Assembly (NCBI GenBank): GCA_047495785.1
Contig: JBLDXI010000114.1
Span: forward strand, 1 to 18,269
Length of the DNA: 18,269 nt
Direction: 5' to 3'
From: Lepidodermella squamata
Lineage: Eukaryota > Animalia > Gastrotricha
The translations under genes and the position numbers were made by a program. Below, piece after piece: positions 1-10,056 of the stretch (within the stretch, counting starts at the first letter, position 1; the number at the start of each line of letters is the position of its first letter). Under the pieces are notes generated by a model, which did not search any database, was not told the DNA's origin, and saw nothing but the letters and a program-made list of their open reading frames with translations.

Positions 1-1
1 C

Positions 2-160
2 AATGGTGGTCAGATGATGGCTGATTTTATGTACCAGCAATTACTAGCTGGTACCAAGAGCACGAACCCTAGTGGTACCAATTCGGGTACCAACGCTGGG
101 GACGATGATGATGACGACTTGACAAGTGAGGGCACGATTGATGTCGATGTCGACGAGTGA
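2..160 (+). CDS. 3' end of an unidentified protein-coding gene with an acidic C-terminal tail (partial)
   Basis: Open frame from the window edge: NGGQMMADFMYQQLLAGTKSTNPSGTNSGTNAGDDDDDDLTSEGTIDVDVDE, TGA at 158-160. It is followed by AT-rich 3'UTR-like DNA with AATAAA at 375-380. Not in the ORF track, which lists only the antisense 44..229 frame. Confidence 0.65.
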   Translation, partial: NGGQMMADFMYQQLLAGTKSTNPSGTNSGTNAGDDDDDDLTSEGTIDVDVDE

Positions 161-821
161 AAACCATATGCATTTCTGTTGTATTTTTTTCGGCCCTAGA
201 AAAATTGACTGGTATCGTGTTTTGCTCATGGCGGCGCTAATAATGTGGCGATGAAAATAATTTATTTATAAATAATTGCAGTAATATATTCTGATATTTA
301 TTATAACAAATTTATTGTCATACGTTGTGCTGAAAATGCATCGCATGTCTTCCGTTTCTTTCGAGATTGAACGAAATAAAATTGAAACCAAGAAGGAAAA
401 CTCCTTTTATAATTACAACAGGGTTCGAAGGTTTTTGCAGGGTGCGGGGTGATCGATTTACCTAGCGAACTGAATTCATTTACTCAACAGAATTAAAACT
501 GGAGTTTTATCGGCAGAATAATCGAAAATCAATCACACTCGATTATCGGAAATCGATCATTTTTGTGTTGGTAAAGAAGAATTTCGTTGATTAGCAGTTA
601 AAATTCAGCAATTCCGACAATATTATAAAACAACCAAAAGTGTCGCATTCACGTTATTGCACTCACTTGCAGAAAAGGCGGGGAAAATCCGCTGTTTCTT
701 TGATGCGCGAAGAGGTAGAAAATAGCTAGAATTTGCATAAATTATCTTCAATCTAACTTTAATTTATTTGAAAATGAATAATAAAAAATAAAAAATAAAA
801 AATAAAACAAAAATGTAGCTT

Positions 822-893
822 TAGCAGAGCGTAGTTTCGATCTACAGACCTCTGGGTTATGGGCCCAGCGCGCTTCCACTGCGCCACTCTGCT
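822..893 (-). tRNA. tRNA-iMet: tRNA-iMet(CAT), initiator
   Basis: Reverse complement is AGCAGAGTGGCGCAGTGGAAGCGCGCTGGGCCCATAACCCAGAGGTCTGTAGATCGAAACTACGCTCTGCTA. It has A1:U72, three G:C pairs in the anticodon stem, a CAT anticodon and an ATCGAAA T-loop (A54/A60), all eukaryotic initiator hallmarks. An oligo-T Pol III terminator follows. Confidence 0.97.
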
Positions 894-2002
894 TCGCTGA
901 TAGCGATTGTTTTCTAAAAAAGCTATAAACTTTTCGCCATAGCCCAGCTGATCAGCTACGTTTTATTTGACATTAAACACCTGCTGACTGTTCAAATGTT
1001 GCGTCTTCCCACGTATAGTGCTTCTCCTTCACTGCACTTTCAGTTCGGTTCATGTCATCGCGAAATGATGGTGAGCTACTGTGAAAGAAATCGATGCTCA
1101 TCTTCTATATCACATGGATTAATATCATAAATAAGCATCAAGCGATCAGTTGTCTCGTGTATAATTATATATACGAGACACGTGTAGTAACACGTCGCCG
1201 CCCGAAGCAGTATAAAACAAGAACGCCACTTGCCCCGGCCAGCACTTGCTTTTATTGCATTACAAACAGCAGTGAGGCGGTTGCGGGTGTCAAATATCCG
1301 CCATGCACAAGCTCTAGTCATATCGCGTGGCTGGCGTGGCAGCTGAGAGCCGAGATTGTGGCACGGCCAAGCGAGTTTGGCTACTAATAAAAGTGAGACA
1401 AGCACACAGCCACAACACTATACCACGACTGCTCCGCCGCCTATTCGAAATCTGAGTAAATAATACAGAAATTTCCCTCTCTGTAACTGTATGCCTTTAA
1501 TAACGACGTATTCTTTTACTATTTTCGTACGGAACATTATCGCCTACAATAAGCTTTACTTAACAGCCGCATTAAAGAATTACGAGAAAATCTTCTTATT
1601 AAGGTGGATTTTTCGCCTTTTCGCCTTTTTAGATTAATTATTGCGCATTTAACCTCCTCGCCAAGAATTTGGGTCATCGTAATTTACGTAATCTAGGTCA
1701 AATAATTTCCATAAAAATTATCTTTTATTCCCTTTTAGTAAAAATAATTTCCTTCAGGTGAAAAACTTTCTATAAAATTACAAATTTTATTGATTTTAGA
1801 CGCTAAAACTTCAGTGCAAATATTTTCTGAGTGATTAATCACACAATCTCGCACTCTATAATTTCTTTATTTCATCACAATCGAGAAACCCCATGAGGTT
1901 ATCACCCTCACGTAATTCGATTGTGTGCGAAATTCATAGTACTAAAACTCACACCGACGCTTCATTTCAGATAGTTATTTCTTATAATTCTGAGAATTCG
2001 CA

Positions 2003-4543
2003 ATGGCTCGAATTATCGAGCGGCATTCGAAGAGTTCCAGCGATGAAGACGCCGCAAGTCGAACGTACCACGAAATCTTCGAAGCAACTCCGCTAAGGTG
2101 CAAATTCTCGGCCTATTTCAACTTTTTCATCCTCATCATTTTCGGCCTGATTAACGACTTTCTTCACTTCATTGGCCTGCCAAGATTCAACCGCTATACC
2201 GTTGATCCGCTTGACAAGGTACGTTGCAAATTAAAAAATCAAAATTAAATTTTACTGAAATTTTTTTCAGATGGGATTTGTGCCTTTGTACACGGGTTTC
2301 AACTCATTTTTCCGCCGCAACATGTACGTCCGGGTGCGTGACTGTTGGAATCGGCCTATAGCTGGGTGCCCGGGTGCGATGATCGAGATTCTCGACCGAG
2401 TTTCCCCCGATCGCGGCTGGACCTTCCATCATACCGGTGACAAAATCAGTGCTGTGAACTTAGGATCTTACAATTACCTCGGCTTTTCCGAACCAAACGG
2501 GCCTCGTGCTGAGGCGGCGAAAGAGGCGATTCGTAGGCATGGCGTCGGTGTTGGCAGCACGAGGCAAGAGGTTGGATCCCTCCCGGTACATGAAGAGCTC
2601 GAAAAGCTTGTCGCTGCTTACCTGGGCGTCGAAGATGCCGTCACTTACCCAATGGGGTTTGCAACGAACGCTTTGACAATACCTGTTTTGGCAGAGAAGG
2701 TTGATCATTTTTATGAAAAATGATAGATGATTTTTTAATAATTTTTTCAATTTTTGTAGGGTTGTTTGGTGATTTCTGACGAGTTGAATCATTGCTCTCT
2801 CGCGCTCGGTAGCCGCCAGTCAGGTGCCACAGTTCGAACCTTCAAGCATGGCGGTAGATATTTCTCGACATTTTTGAGCTTTGAAAATTATTAAAATTTT
2901 GATTTCAGACATGACCTCGCTTGAAAACACGATTCGAAATGCAATTAAAACTGGACGTGAGAATGGCAAGCCGTGGAGAAAGATTCTGATCGTTGTCGAG
3001 GGCATCTACAGCATGGAAGGCTCCTTAGTCAAACTGCCTGACGTCATTCGCTTGAAGAAAAAATACAAGGTAAGAATATTCAGTATATTTCAGACTTCGG
3101 TAGCAAAATTAAAAAAATCAGAATATTGGAACCAAAATTAGGAAGTTGGTACCGAAGTCTAGCTATCAAAAGTCTGACTTTTTGAAGAATTTTTGAATTC
3201 TCCTGACTGAAAATCATACTTAATTCTAATCATCTTTGTGTGAACAAGAGCTAATAATTATGAATTATGAATCATCGCTGCATTGTTTGCAAAGTGATGA
3301 TTCATAATTTGTGCAAAAAGATCACACCAAGCATGGACTTTTGTAGTCATTGAGGTAGTCATTGAAAACCCAAATCTATTTTAGATCATTTTTAGCGAAT
3401 TTATCATTCGAAATATGGCTATAAGATCACACACAAATTCATGGAATTTTTTTTAATATTTTTTTCTAACCTTTATTCATGGATTCCTGAACATTCTGAA
3501 ACTCAAAATTACTCTAAATTCGAGGTGAGTGTGATTTACCTTGATGTGTCCGAAATTAGGGCGCTTGGTGCTCTAATTTCGGACAGCGAAAAATTAATAG
3601 GAAATCAAGGCAAATAGATACAAACATTTGAAAAATTAGTAAAGGTAGCTCATCAGTCGGTTTGCCACTTGGCACCTTCCCCCCATTTCATTCCCACAGG
3701 GGCCGAGGATTCTTCGACTTCTTTGCATCCGAAATTAGATCGTTCGCTCTAATATGAATTTTAATAGATGAATCTCAAAATGAGAGTTTTCCTGTTCTTC
3801 CTCAAAAATTAAATAAATTAATCTAAAGGTTCAATTTTTTAATTGTTTCTTAATTATGAGTAATTTTTTCAAATTAGTGCTACCTGTACCTTGACGAGGC
3901 CCATTCGATCGGCGCTGTTGGAACGACCGGCCGCGGGGTTCTCGACGTTTACGGCTGTGACGCAAAAGACGTCGACATTCTAATGGGAACATTCACGAAA
4001 AGCTTCGGCTCAGCCGGCGGTTACATTGCTGGCAGTTCAAAACTGATCAACTACATCCGCGCCACATCCCACGCCTCAGTCTACGGCGCCTCAATGCCGG
4101 CACCTGTTGCTATGCAAATAGTCGCGTGCCTCCGGACTATCATGGGGCTCGACGGCACGTCCGAGGGCGAGCGGAGGATCCAACAACTGGCCTGGAACAC
4201 ACAGTATTTCCGGTACCATCTCCACCGCATGGGCTTCATCATCTACGGCAGTCGCGACTCACCTATCGTACCTCTAATGCTGTACCAGCCCGCGAAGGTA
4301 GTCGCGTTCAGTCGAGAATTACTTCGGCGGAATATTGCCGTAGTCGTTGTCGGTTATCCTGCTACGCCCCTTGTCCTACCCCGTGCTCGTTTCTGCATGT
4401 CGGCGGCTCATACGAAGGAGATGCTGGATCAGGCGTTGGCTACTATTGATCAAGTTGGCGATTTGTTGCACATCAAATACTCGAAACGGCCGGCGAGTGT
4501 TGTGGCTGAGTTGGAACATTTCGCTTCGATTCATTCAACTTGA
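2003..4543 (+). CDS. SPTLC2: Serine palmitoyltransferase long-chain base subunit 2 (PLP-dependent alpha-oxoamine synthase); 5 exons: 2003-2218, 2271-2699, 2760-2853, 2909-3069, 3878-4543; 521 aa
   Basis: Motifs [52 protein letters not shown], the PLP-lysine motif GTFTKSFG, and [14 protein letters not shown] introns of 52, 60, 55 and 808 nt join in frame (1566 nt). There is an in-frame stop upstream of ATG 2003 and AATAAA at 4621-4626. Assignment between LCB2 paralogues (SPTLC2 vs SPTLC3-like) is not resolvable by eye. Confidence 0.95.
3537..3613. repeat. Short palindromic MITE-like remnant in SPT intron 4 (mirror 15175-15251)
   Basis: 18-bp stem TGTCCGAAATTAGGGCGC/GTGCTCTAATTTCGGACA (3547-3585) with outer arms TTACCTTGAT...ATCAAGGCAA. 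Confidence 0.55.
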
Positions 4544-4705
4544 ACTATGTTACATCATTAATCACTCCTCAAATGTATACCTACTGCTCACAGATTTATC
4601 ATCATCTTTGTTTCATCTAAAATAAATCGGTTGCTTCAATTTTTGAGGATTAAATTTTGAACTTACCTATGGGTTTTATTGAAATTATTGAAATAGATTT
4701 TCATT

Positions 4706-4743
4706 TTCCACTTCCCACTTCCACTTCCACTTCCCACTTCCCA
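4706..4743 (+). repeat. (TTCCAC/TTCCCAC)n microsatellite (mirror 14045-14082)
   Basis: About six tandem 6-7 nt units directly abutting the MITE. Confidence 0.85.
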
Positions 4744-4745
4744 TA

Positions 4746-4925
4746 CAGGGTGGCCAAAAAATTCCGCAGAGCAGGAATTCGCTGCGCATCAATTTAATGA
4801 GGAGTTTCAAGAAATTGAGAAGTTCTATTGGCAAAAAAATGCTTGAAATTATTGAACTTCTTAAAACTCCTCATTAAATTGATGCGCAGCGAATTCCTGC
4901 TTTGCGGAATTTTTTGGCCACCCTG
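4746..4925. mobile_element. 180-bp MITE of Tc1/mariner type with TA target-site duplication
   Basis: About 71-bp TIRs starting CAGGGTGGCCAAAAAATTCCGC with 3 mismatches. Flanked by TA at 4744-4745 and 4926-4927; no coding capacity. Confidence 0.9.
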
Positions 4926-5504
4926 TAGAGCAGGGAGCCCTAAATTCGGCCGCTGCGACCTGCCGAGTGCTTTGTTACCATAAATACCAAAGTTTCAGGC
5001 ATCACATCGTCAAGGAAAAGCTCCCATGTATAGCAACAAAGGCGATTTCCCCACTCAGCTTGCCGAGACGAATTCAACGGTATCAAACTTGTGGTATTAG
5101 CGTAACTGAATGAGGTGGCCGAAATTAGGGCACCCGGTTCCCAGATTCCGGCCAGGAGTCTAGGTGACTTCAAAACTCATTTGATTCATTTGAAAGCCAG
5201 CCAACTTGTCTCATTTCGATTTCAGGCGTATCATATTCATTCATTTTGGATAAGACAGTTTTCGTAGAAAGGGAAGAAAAAATGACACATTATTAATGCT
5301 AAATAATGGCCATAGGCACACGTTGCTTTATAATAAAAGTAGGTTTTTGTTTACTTAGCACTTAGATATATCTATAATAGCACCTTGGACCGCGAGATTA
5401 TGACAACAGTAGACAGAGGATCGAGATAGCCATTTATAACTGAATCATTTATATTGTTCAATTTAGTCATTTTCTAATAAAAAGTGTATAAATCCAGTTT
5501 CAAA

Positions 5505-6582
5505 ATGCCTGCTTCCTTAACAATTTTGTGGAAGAAAGACATTGCAATAAGAAGCTTTGAATTTCCCGATGCATCAACATTTGATACTCTCAGTAGCTGC
5601 CCTTTTCTTTGTTGCAGGCCGTTGTGTGCCTATCTACGAAGAAGAGGAACGGCGTATTCTCTCTGCGAAGGTTGACTTTAGCAAAATATCGTAAGTTCAA
5701 TTCAATTCGCTCTCATCTGAATGTTCATTTCTGTCTGTCACATTTTTTCAGGGAAAGAGATTGGCAAAAACTTATGTGTTGTTTCAACTTCGACTTCGAC
5801 TTCAACTTCGATCCTCAAATGAAAACGAACCCTGCAGCTAGCGTTGAATGCAATCCAGCGTTTGAAAAAGGAGTGAATAAGGATCTGCTGGAGTCGGTGT
5901 GCAATTTCTGTTCGCCAGTTGGCTCGATGCTCAGACACATAGTTAGTTGTTAACGCTTTTGTTGATTGCTATAAAGCTAAACGTTTTTTATTTTAACCAG
6001 GGCAACCACCGAGCTCTCAAAGCGGCAACCTTTGGATATTGTAATATCGCGCATAAACGTTCCAGTATATATAGTCCATTGCGGCATATTGGCACAGGAT
6101 TAATTCGAGAAGTCCATACTGCTTCGAATTTCACTGAAATTTTCAGTGATTTGGATATTTTCAAACGCATCGTTATGGAATGGCAGCCTGAGTATCTGAC
6201 AAGGGAGCGGCCCGAATCAATCTTGGAGTTTTTGCTTTCCGGGGAATACCTGCATATCTTTCATATAGTCGACATCACCTATAACCACCTTTCAGCGCCA
6301 TCTCAGCCAACTAGTCATTTTGACTGGGCGACTTTCCTCGAAATAACGTCAATGAAGCTGGCTGAAATTAAACATCAGTCGGATCGTCTTACTCCGCCCG
6401 GGCAGTCTTTCCTAACCAACAACAACCTTCGCTATCATCACCAGGAGCAGCTGCATATATCTCTCAAAGATAGAGCCTGCTTAGCGCTAGGAGCCAAAGA
6501 TGTGCTGAGGGCGTTATCTTATTTTTACCTCGCGATCGCCCAAAAGGATAACATGACGGGAATAGTCAACAGCGAATGGTGA
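5505..6582 (+). CDS. Uncharacterised spliced gene; supported exons 5618-5690, 5752-5941, 6001-6582; 5' exon (5505-5592?) uncertain
   Basis: Introns 5691-5751 (GTAAGT...TTTTTTCAG, 61 nt) and 5942-6000 (GTTAGT...TTTTAACCAG, 59 nt) match the SPT intron style. They join RCVPIYEEEERRILSAKVDFSKIS-ERDWQKLM...SMLRHI-GNHRALK...NSEW* in frame. No family recognised; further introns inside the last exon are possible. Confidence 0.6.
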
Positions 6583-6850
6583 TGAATGATTTTAATAGAT
6601 GTTTGTATCGAATGACGCTGTATGTTTTATCCACCTAGTCCGACTAACTTGATTTCATTATCGCTCAATTATTTGGTTTGCACAAAGTGCAACAGTGACA
6701 GATGCTTTCATATAATATTTTAAAATAATACAAAAAGAACAGCTCACAATTATTCGATTTTATTCGCGATTACGGCCATTGTTCCGGATGGCATACCTTG
6801 GTTGATGGTATTTTCCTCAGATTCTGAGAGTTCGTGGCTAGTCCCGCTTA

Positions 6851-6893
6851 GAATTCAGGAGAATTTCAGGTGAATTTCAGGTGAATTTCAGGA
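6851..6893 (+). repeat. 11-bp tandem repeat (GAATTTCAGGT) x ~4 (mirror 11895-11937)
   Basis: GAATTCAGGA GAATTTCAGGT GAATTTCAGGT GAATTTCAGGA. Confidence 0.85.
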
Positions 6894-7613
6894 GAGGGTC
6901 ACTGTTAATATTCAATACAAATCTCAAGTTGGAGGTTTACGAAAATCGCAGAAAATCAGGACAAATTAATCCAAGGCTTCATCGAAGTACCATGTGACAA
7001 TAGATTAAGAAGTCTTTCAAGGTTCCTTTTTGAGTTGTCGAATTTTTACCTCCAAAATGGCTACTTTGCAGTACTTGGCTCTTTAAAATTTACTGCTCTC
7101 CCCTCAGTTATTGCCAGTGTAACGCCAGCTTCAAAAAATTGTATCTAAAACCGCCCAGGTGAGGAGATTCAGAGGGGCGATTTCAGGCTTTTCGAGGATT
7201 TGATTCCAAAATTGGAGTCGAATTCGGGGAAAAAAATCGATACCCCTTATGATATGTACAGGATCCAATGGGGTTTTAAGATTTTTTCCAAAATTTTAGG
7301 AAGTCAACCGCATTTGCTATTTGGCAGAATTTTTGTTGTCAAACGGTAATGATATTATGTCTATGCTCGAAGTAGAGGAGGGCAACCACAACTGATGGCG
7401 TAGGTAAGTGAAAAAAAAAGGAAGAACAATTTCTCTTATTTTATTCACGACTCTCGCAATATAGGTATAATAACCAACAATCTTTTTTTTAAACTTGTTC
7501 AAATTAATCACAATTGGTGAATAAAGGATTCGAGAGTATATGATGAGAGATGACTCAACCAATTTAGCCGTCCATTCTCAACCGCTCCGGATTGGCTCTC
7601 GTGGGTTAGACTC

Positions 7614-8099
7614 TTATAAGCTGGATATAGCATTTCTTATCTTATCGATTGCCCAATGACCGACTTTGAAGAGCCCTAGCTGTGCTAATAACGAACCGAT
7701 CATGCTAATAGCAGAGCGCAAGATTACTCCTTGAAGTATGCTGCCTCCAAAAACACCAACGCCAATAAGCAAAGCGCCGACGATTGTCAAAAATAGTCCG
7801 AATCCTATAGTCGGCGACATTTTACCCTTGAAAACTTCACTGGCTAGATTCCAACAAATCTTCACCGTATCATGGAAGCTTCTTTCATCTTTGATTTTGC
7901 GTGAAATGTTTGAAGAAGCGTTAATAAGCCGCTGACCTATGTCCGTTCCAGCTAGTTGTTCCATAGCTCCGTAAAGTTCTTCAAAGTCGTCTTGCACTTC
8001 CTGATGTTAAACGAAATTCGTTCCTTTTAACGCGCTGGCAATGATCTTCTTAGCTTGGGGGACAACTGCTTCTTCCAAGCCAAACGACGCCATAGCCAT
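7614..8099 (-). pseudogene. Intronless 161-codon ORF with one in-frame TAA (8007-8009); helical/hydrophobic protein, possibly divergent Bcl-2-like
   Basis: Mirror of 10689-11174. The track's GTG start is not a eukaryotic start; an in-frame ATG lies 34 codons upstream, beyond a single TAA. Confidence 0.55.
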
Positions 8100-8583
8100 A
8101 ATAGAGAGTGAAATCAGATAAGCTATTTAATCCTACAAATGTTCGAAAATTTCATCAGTCTTTAACCTAAAAAGCTAGGATAAATTGAGGCTTTAAATTA
8201 AATCGTAAGGTGGTATGGCAAAGAATTGGACTTATATTATGATTAAATCGAGATAACGATTTTATTAAAGGCATATATATCAATAAAAAAGAGATCTGAC
8301 CATTGACCATAGACCAATAAATATAGTAGATCCGGCACGCTAGTACATTAATGTGTGCCAAAATGCAAAATGAGTCATCTCGCGATTTTGCTTTCTTGAC
8401 CTATTTGTCACTTGTCAATAGCTCTATAATAGTACGGCCGAATCAACGCAGTTGACAAGTGATTCCGGGTGACTATATTTTATCAAATTGCGGCGTTATA
8501 AGTGCAAAAAATTATGATTCTAATTGACAAAAAACCCAAGTAATCAGGCCCGCGTGATTCATAGGGATCACGTTAATTTGGTC

Positions 8584-8853
8584 ATTGGGGGTTGTTTTCG
8601 AAGCGAAGCCGTCTTTATTATAAAGTCAACTCTATCTGGCAAATAACTAGGCGCCAGTTTCAAATTGCTCATCATTAGTCGTGACCTACTTTTTACCAGC
8701 TTCTTTTATTGCTATCATTCTTAAACGATTAGGTCAACAAGTGTTTTTGAGGTCAAAACGCTCGATTTCGGACAAATATCGGCCATTAAAGTCGACATTA
8801 TGGGATAGAGTTAAACTTTACCGATAAAGGCGGCTTCGAAAATAACCCCCAAT
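8584..8853. repeat. Degenerate ~270-bp inverted-repeat (MITE-like) element spanning the left inner junction
   Basis: 8584-8636 ATTGGGGGTTGTTTTCGAAGCGAAGCCGTCTTTATTATAAAGTCAACTCTATC matches the reverse complement of 8804-8853 (ATTGGGGGTTATTTTCGAAGCCGCCTTTATCGGTAAAGTTTAACTCTATC). Confidence 0.7.
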
Positions 8854-9543
8854 CTCTGTAAAAAACGTAGCTTTTTTCCAACCCAACTTGACCCATGGCC
8901 AGGCCTCGCAAAACCCTACTAAAACCGGCCACTAAAATAACCGGTGGGAAATACCTGTTTTTACCTTATTTTTGAAAAATTGTTATAAAACAAAGTTCAA
9001 AAATATCTCATTTTTTGGAGGTTTTACACGAATCGCTCATAAAAAATGGCTTCATGGATGATTATAATATGGAAAATAATGTGTGACCGGGTATCGTGAG
9101 CCGGCAAAAATCTTGTTGATATTGTTCATGTGGAAAACAGGAGATTGCGACCCGCCCTTCCGCATATGGCCCAATGACTGATTTTTCGGACCGGGCCATT
9201 ACATCACCATATATTTTGCGTCGTGATTGAATGATTTTATTGCTGGACATAGGATTTTTTATGGCTATTTTATCTGCATACAAAGAAAAAACACGAAAGT
9301 GAACACGAAACTCGCGCGAATTTTGAGATGCCGTTATCAGATTATTGACCAGCGTGAAAAAATCTCATTTTCGATTTTTAGCCGGGACCTTTTTAATTCG
9401 CTTCAAGCAGAGAATGAGAGAATAATAACACTTGAATCACCTGAATTTTATTGTTTTTTCGGTCTCAAAAAAGGCTATATCGGTTAAAATACTGAAACAT
9501 AAATTCAATGATGGCACATAATATTTTCTCGGCACTTCAATCA

Positions 9544-10056
9544 TCACCGTCTCCGAAATAGCAATTCAGGCGGTGGTCGTTCGATTTCAATCACCTCGCC
9601 ACGATCAGCCGTGCCGAAACTCAGCAACCACCGCCGGCTGAACGGGTCGAAATAAATCATCGCCGCATTTTTCGGCTCCGGTGCTAGTGTATGTGGCGTA
9701 GTTGCCGTAGTTGTAGAGGTTGTTGTAGTTGTTGATATACCATCATCAGTCGTAGCAGGTGAAGGTGTGGTAATATCGTCCGGCCTGGGCGGCGTTGGAT
9801 CGTCGTCAACGGCCAGAAAACGGTCGAGAATACGGTACCGGCGAACTGACCTAGCAACGGGTGACAAAGGTGACGATAGTACTGTGGGCGTGGTTGCTAT
9901 GAAGCGCTGGCGGTACTGTGCCGGGGCTGAGTCTGGGTCGTTGCGAGCTAGGTAGGTTGATGTGACGCCAAGCACGACTGCGAGTAAAATAAGAACGCCC
10001 AGAATGCCAGCGGTAATAATTATGCAAGTCGACCATGAGAATCCGAAACCCCCCAT
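9544..10056 (-). CDS. Single-copy 170-aa protein: N-terminal signal anchor/TM helix plus Thr/Pro-rich mucin-like stalk
   Basis: GC-richer ORF with hydrophobic IIITAGILGVLILLAVVLGV and TTPSPATTDDGISTTTTTSTTTATTP. The ATG is immediately preceded by a splice-acceptor-like TTTTTAG. Confidence 0.75.
   Translation of the reverse strand: MGGFGFSWSTCIIITAGILGVLILLAVVLGVTSTYLARNDPDSAPAQYRQRFIATTPTVLSSPLSPVARSVRRYRILDRFLAVDDDPTPPRPDDITTPSPATTDDGISTTTTTSTTTATTPHTLAPEPKNAAMIYFDPFSRRWLLSFGTADRGEVIEIERPPPELLFRRR

Larger units (their letters stand above)
519..8698 (+). repeat. Left arm of a giant inverted duplication (>=8180 bp)
   Basis: Every ORF has an identical mirror ORF with coordinates summing to 18788 (e.g. 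3983/14805, 7614/11174, 1076/17712). The window end ...GATTTTCGATTA is the reverse complement of 519-TAATCGAAAATC. Perfect pairing ends at 8698/10090. Confidence 0.98.

Noticed and set aside
44-229. Track ORF on the minus strand (61 aa)
   Set aside because: Antisense shadow of the more protein-like plus-strand frame 2-160.
518-546. Small inverted repeat ATAATCGA...TCGATTAT at the apparent outer end of the arm
   Set aside because: 519 is only the mirror of the window's last base; the true outer boundary is not visible.
1227-1240. CACTTGCCCCGGCC resembles the body of miR-92 (UAUUGCACUUGUCCCGGCC)
   Set aside because: The seed (ATTGCAC) is absent and the match lies in the loop rather than an arm of the local hairpin.
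1076-1405. Overlapping 109-aa and 97-aa ORFs (and mirrors at 17383-17712)
   Set aside because: No recognisable motifs, atypical composition and no supporting splice structure.
2460-4625. Alternative-frame and antisense ORFs inside SPT2 (2460-2792, 2820-3005, 4126-4449, 4347-4625)
   Set aside because: Shadows of the real SPT2 exons.
6851-6893. Short direct repeats as a CRISPR-like array
   Set aside because: Contiguous 11-mers without spacers, in eukaryotic DNA.
9062-9487. Spacer ORFs of 73 and 86 aa
   Set aside because: AT-rich, repeat-like sequence with no protein-like features.
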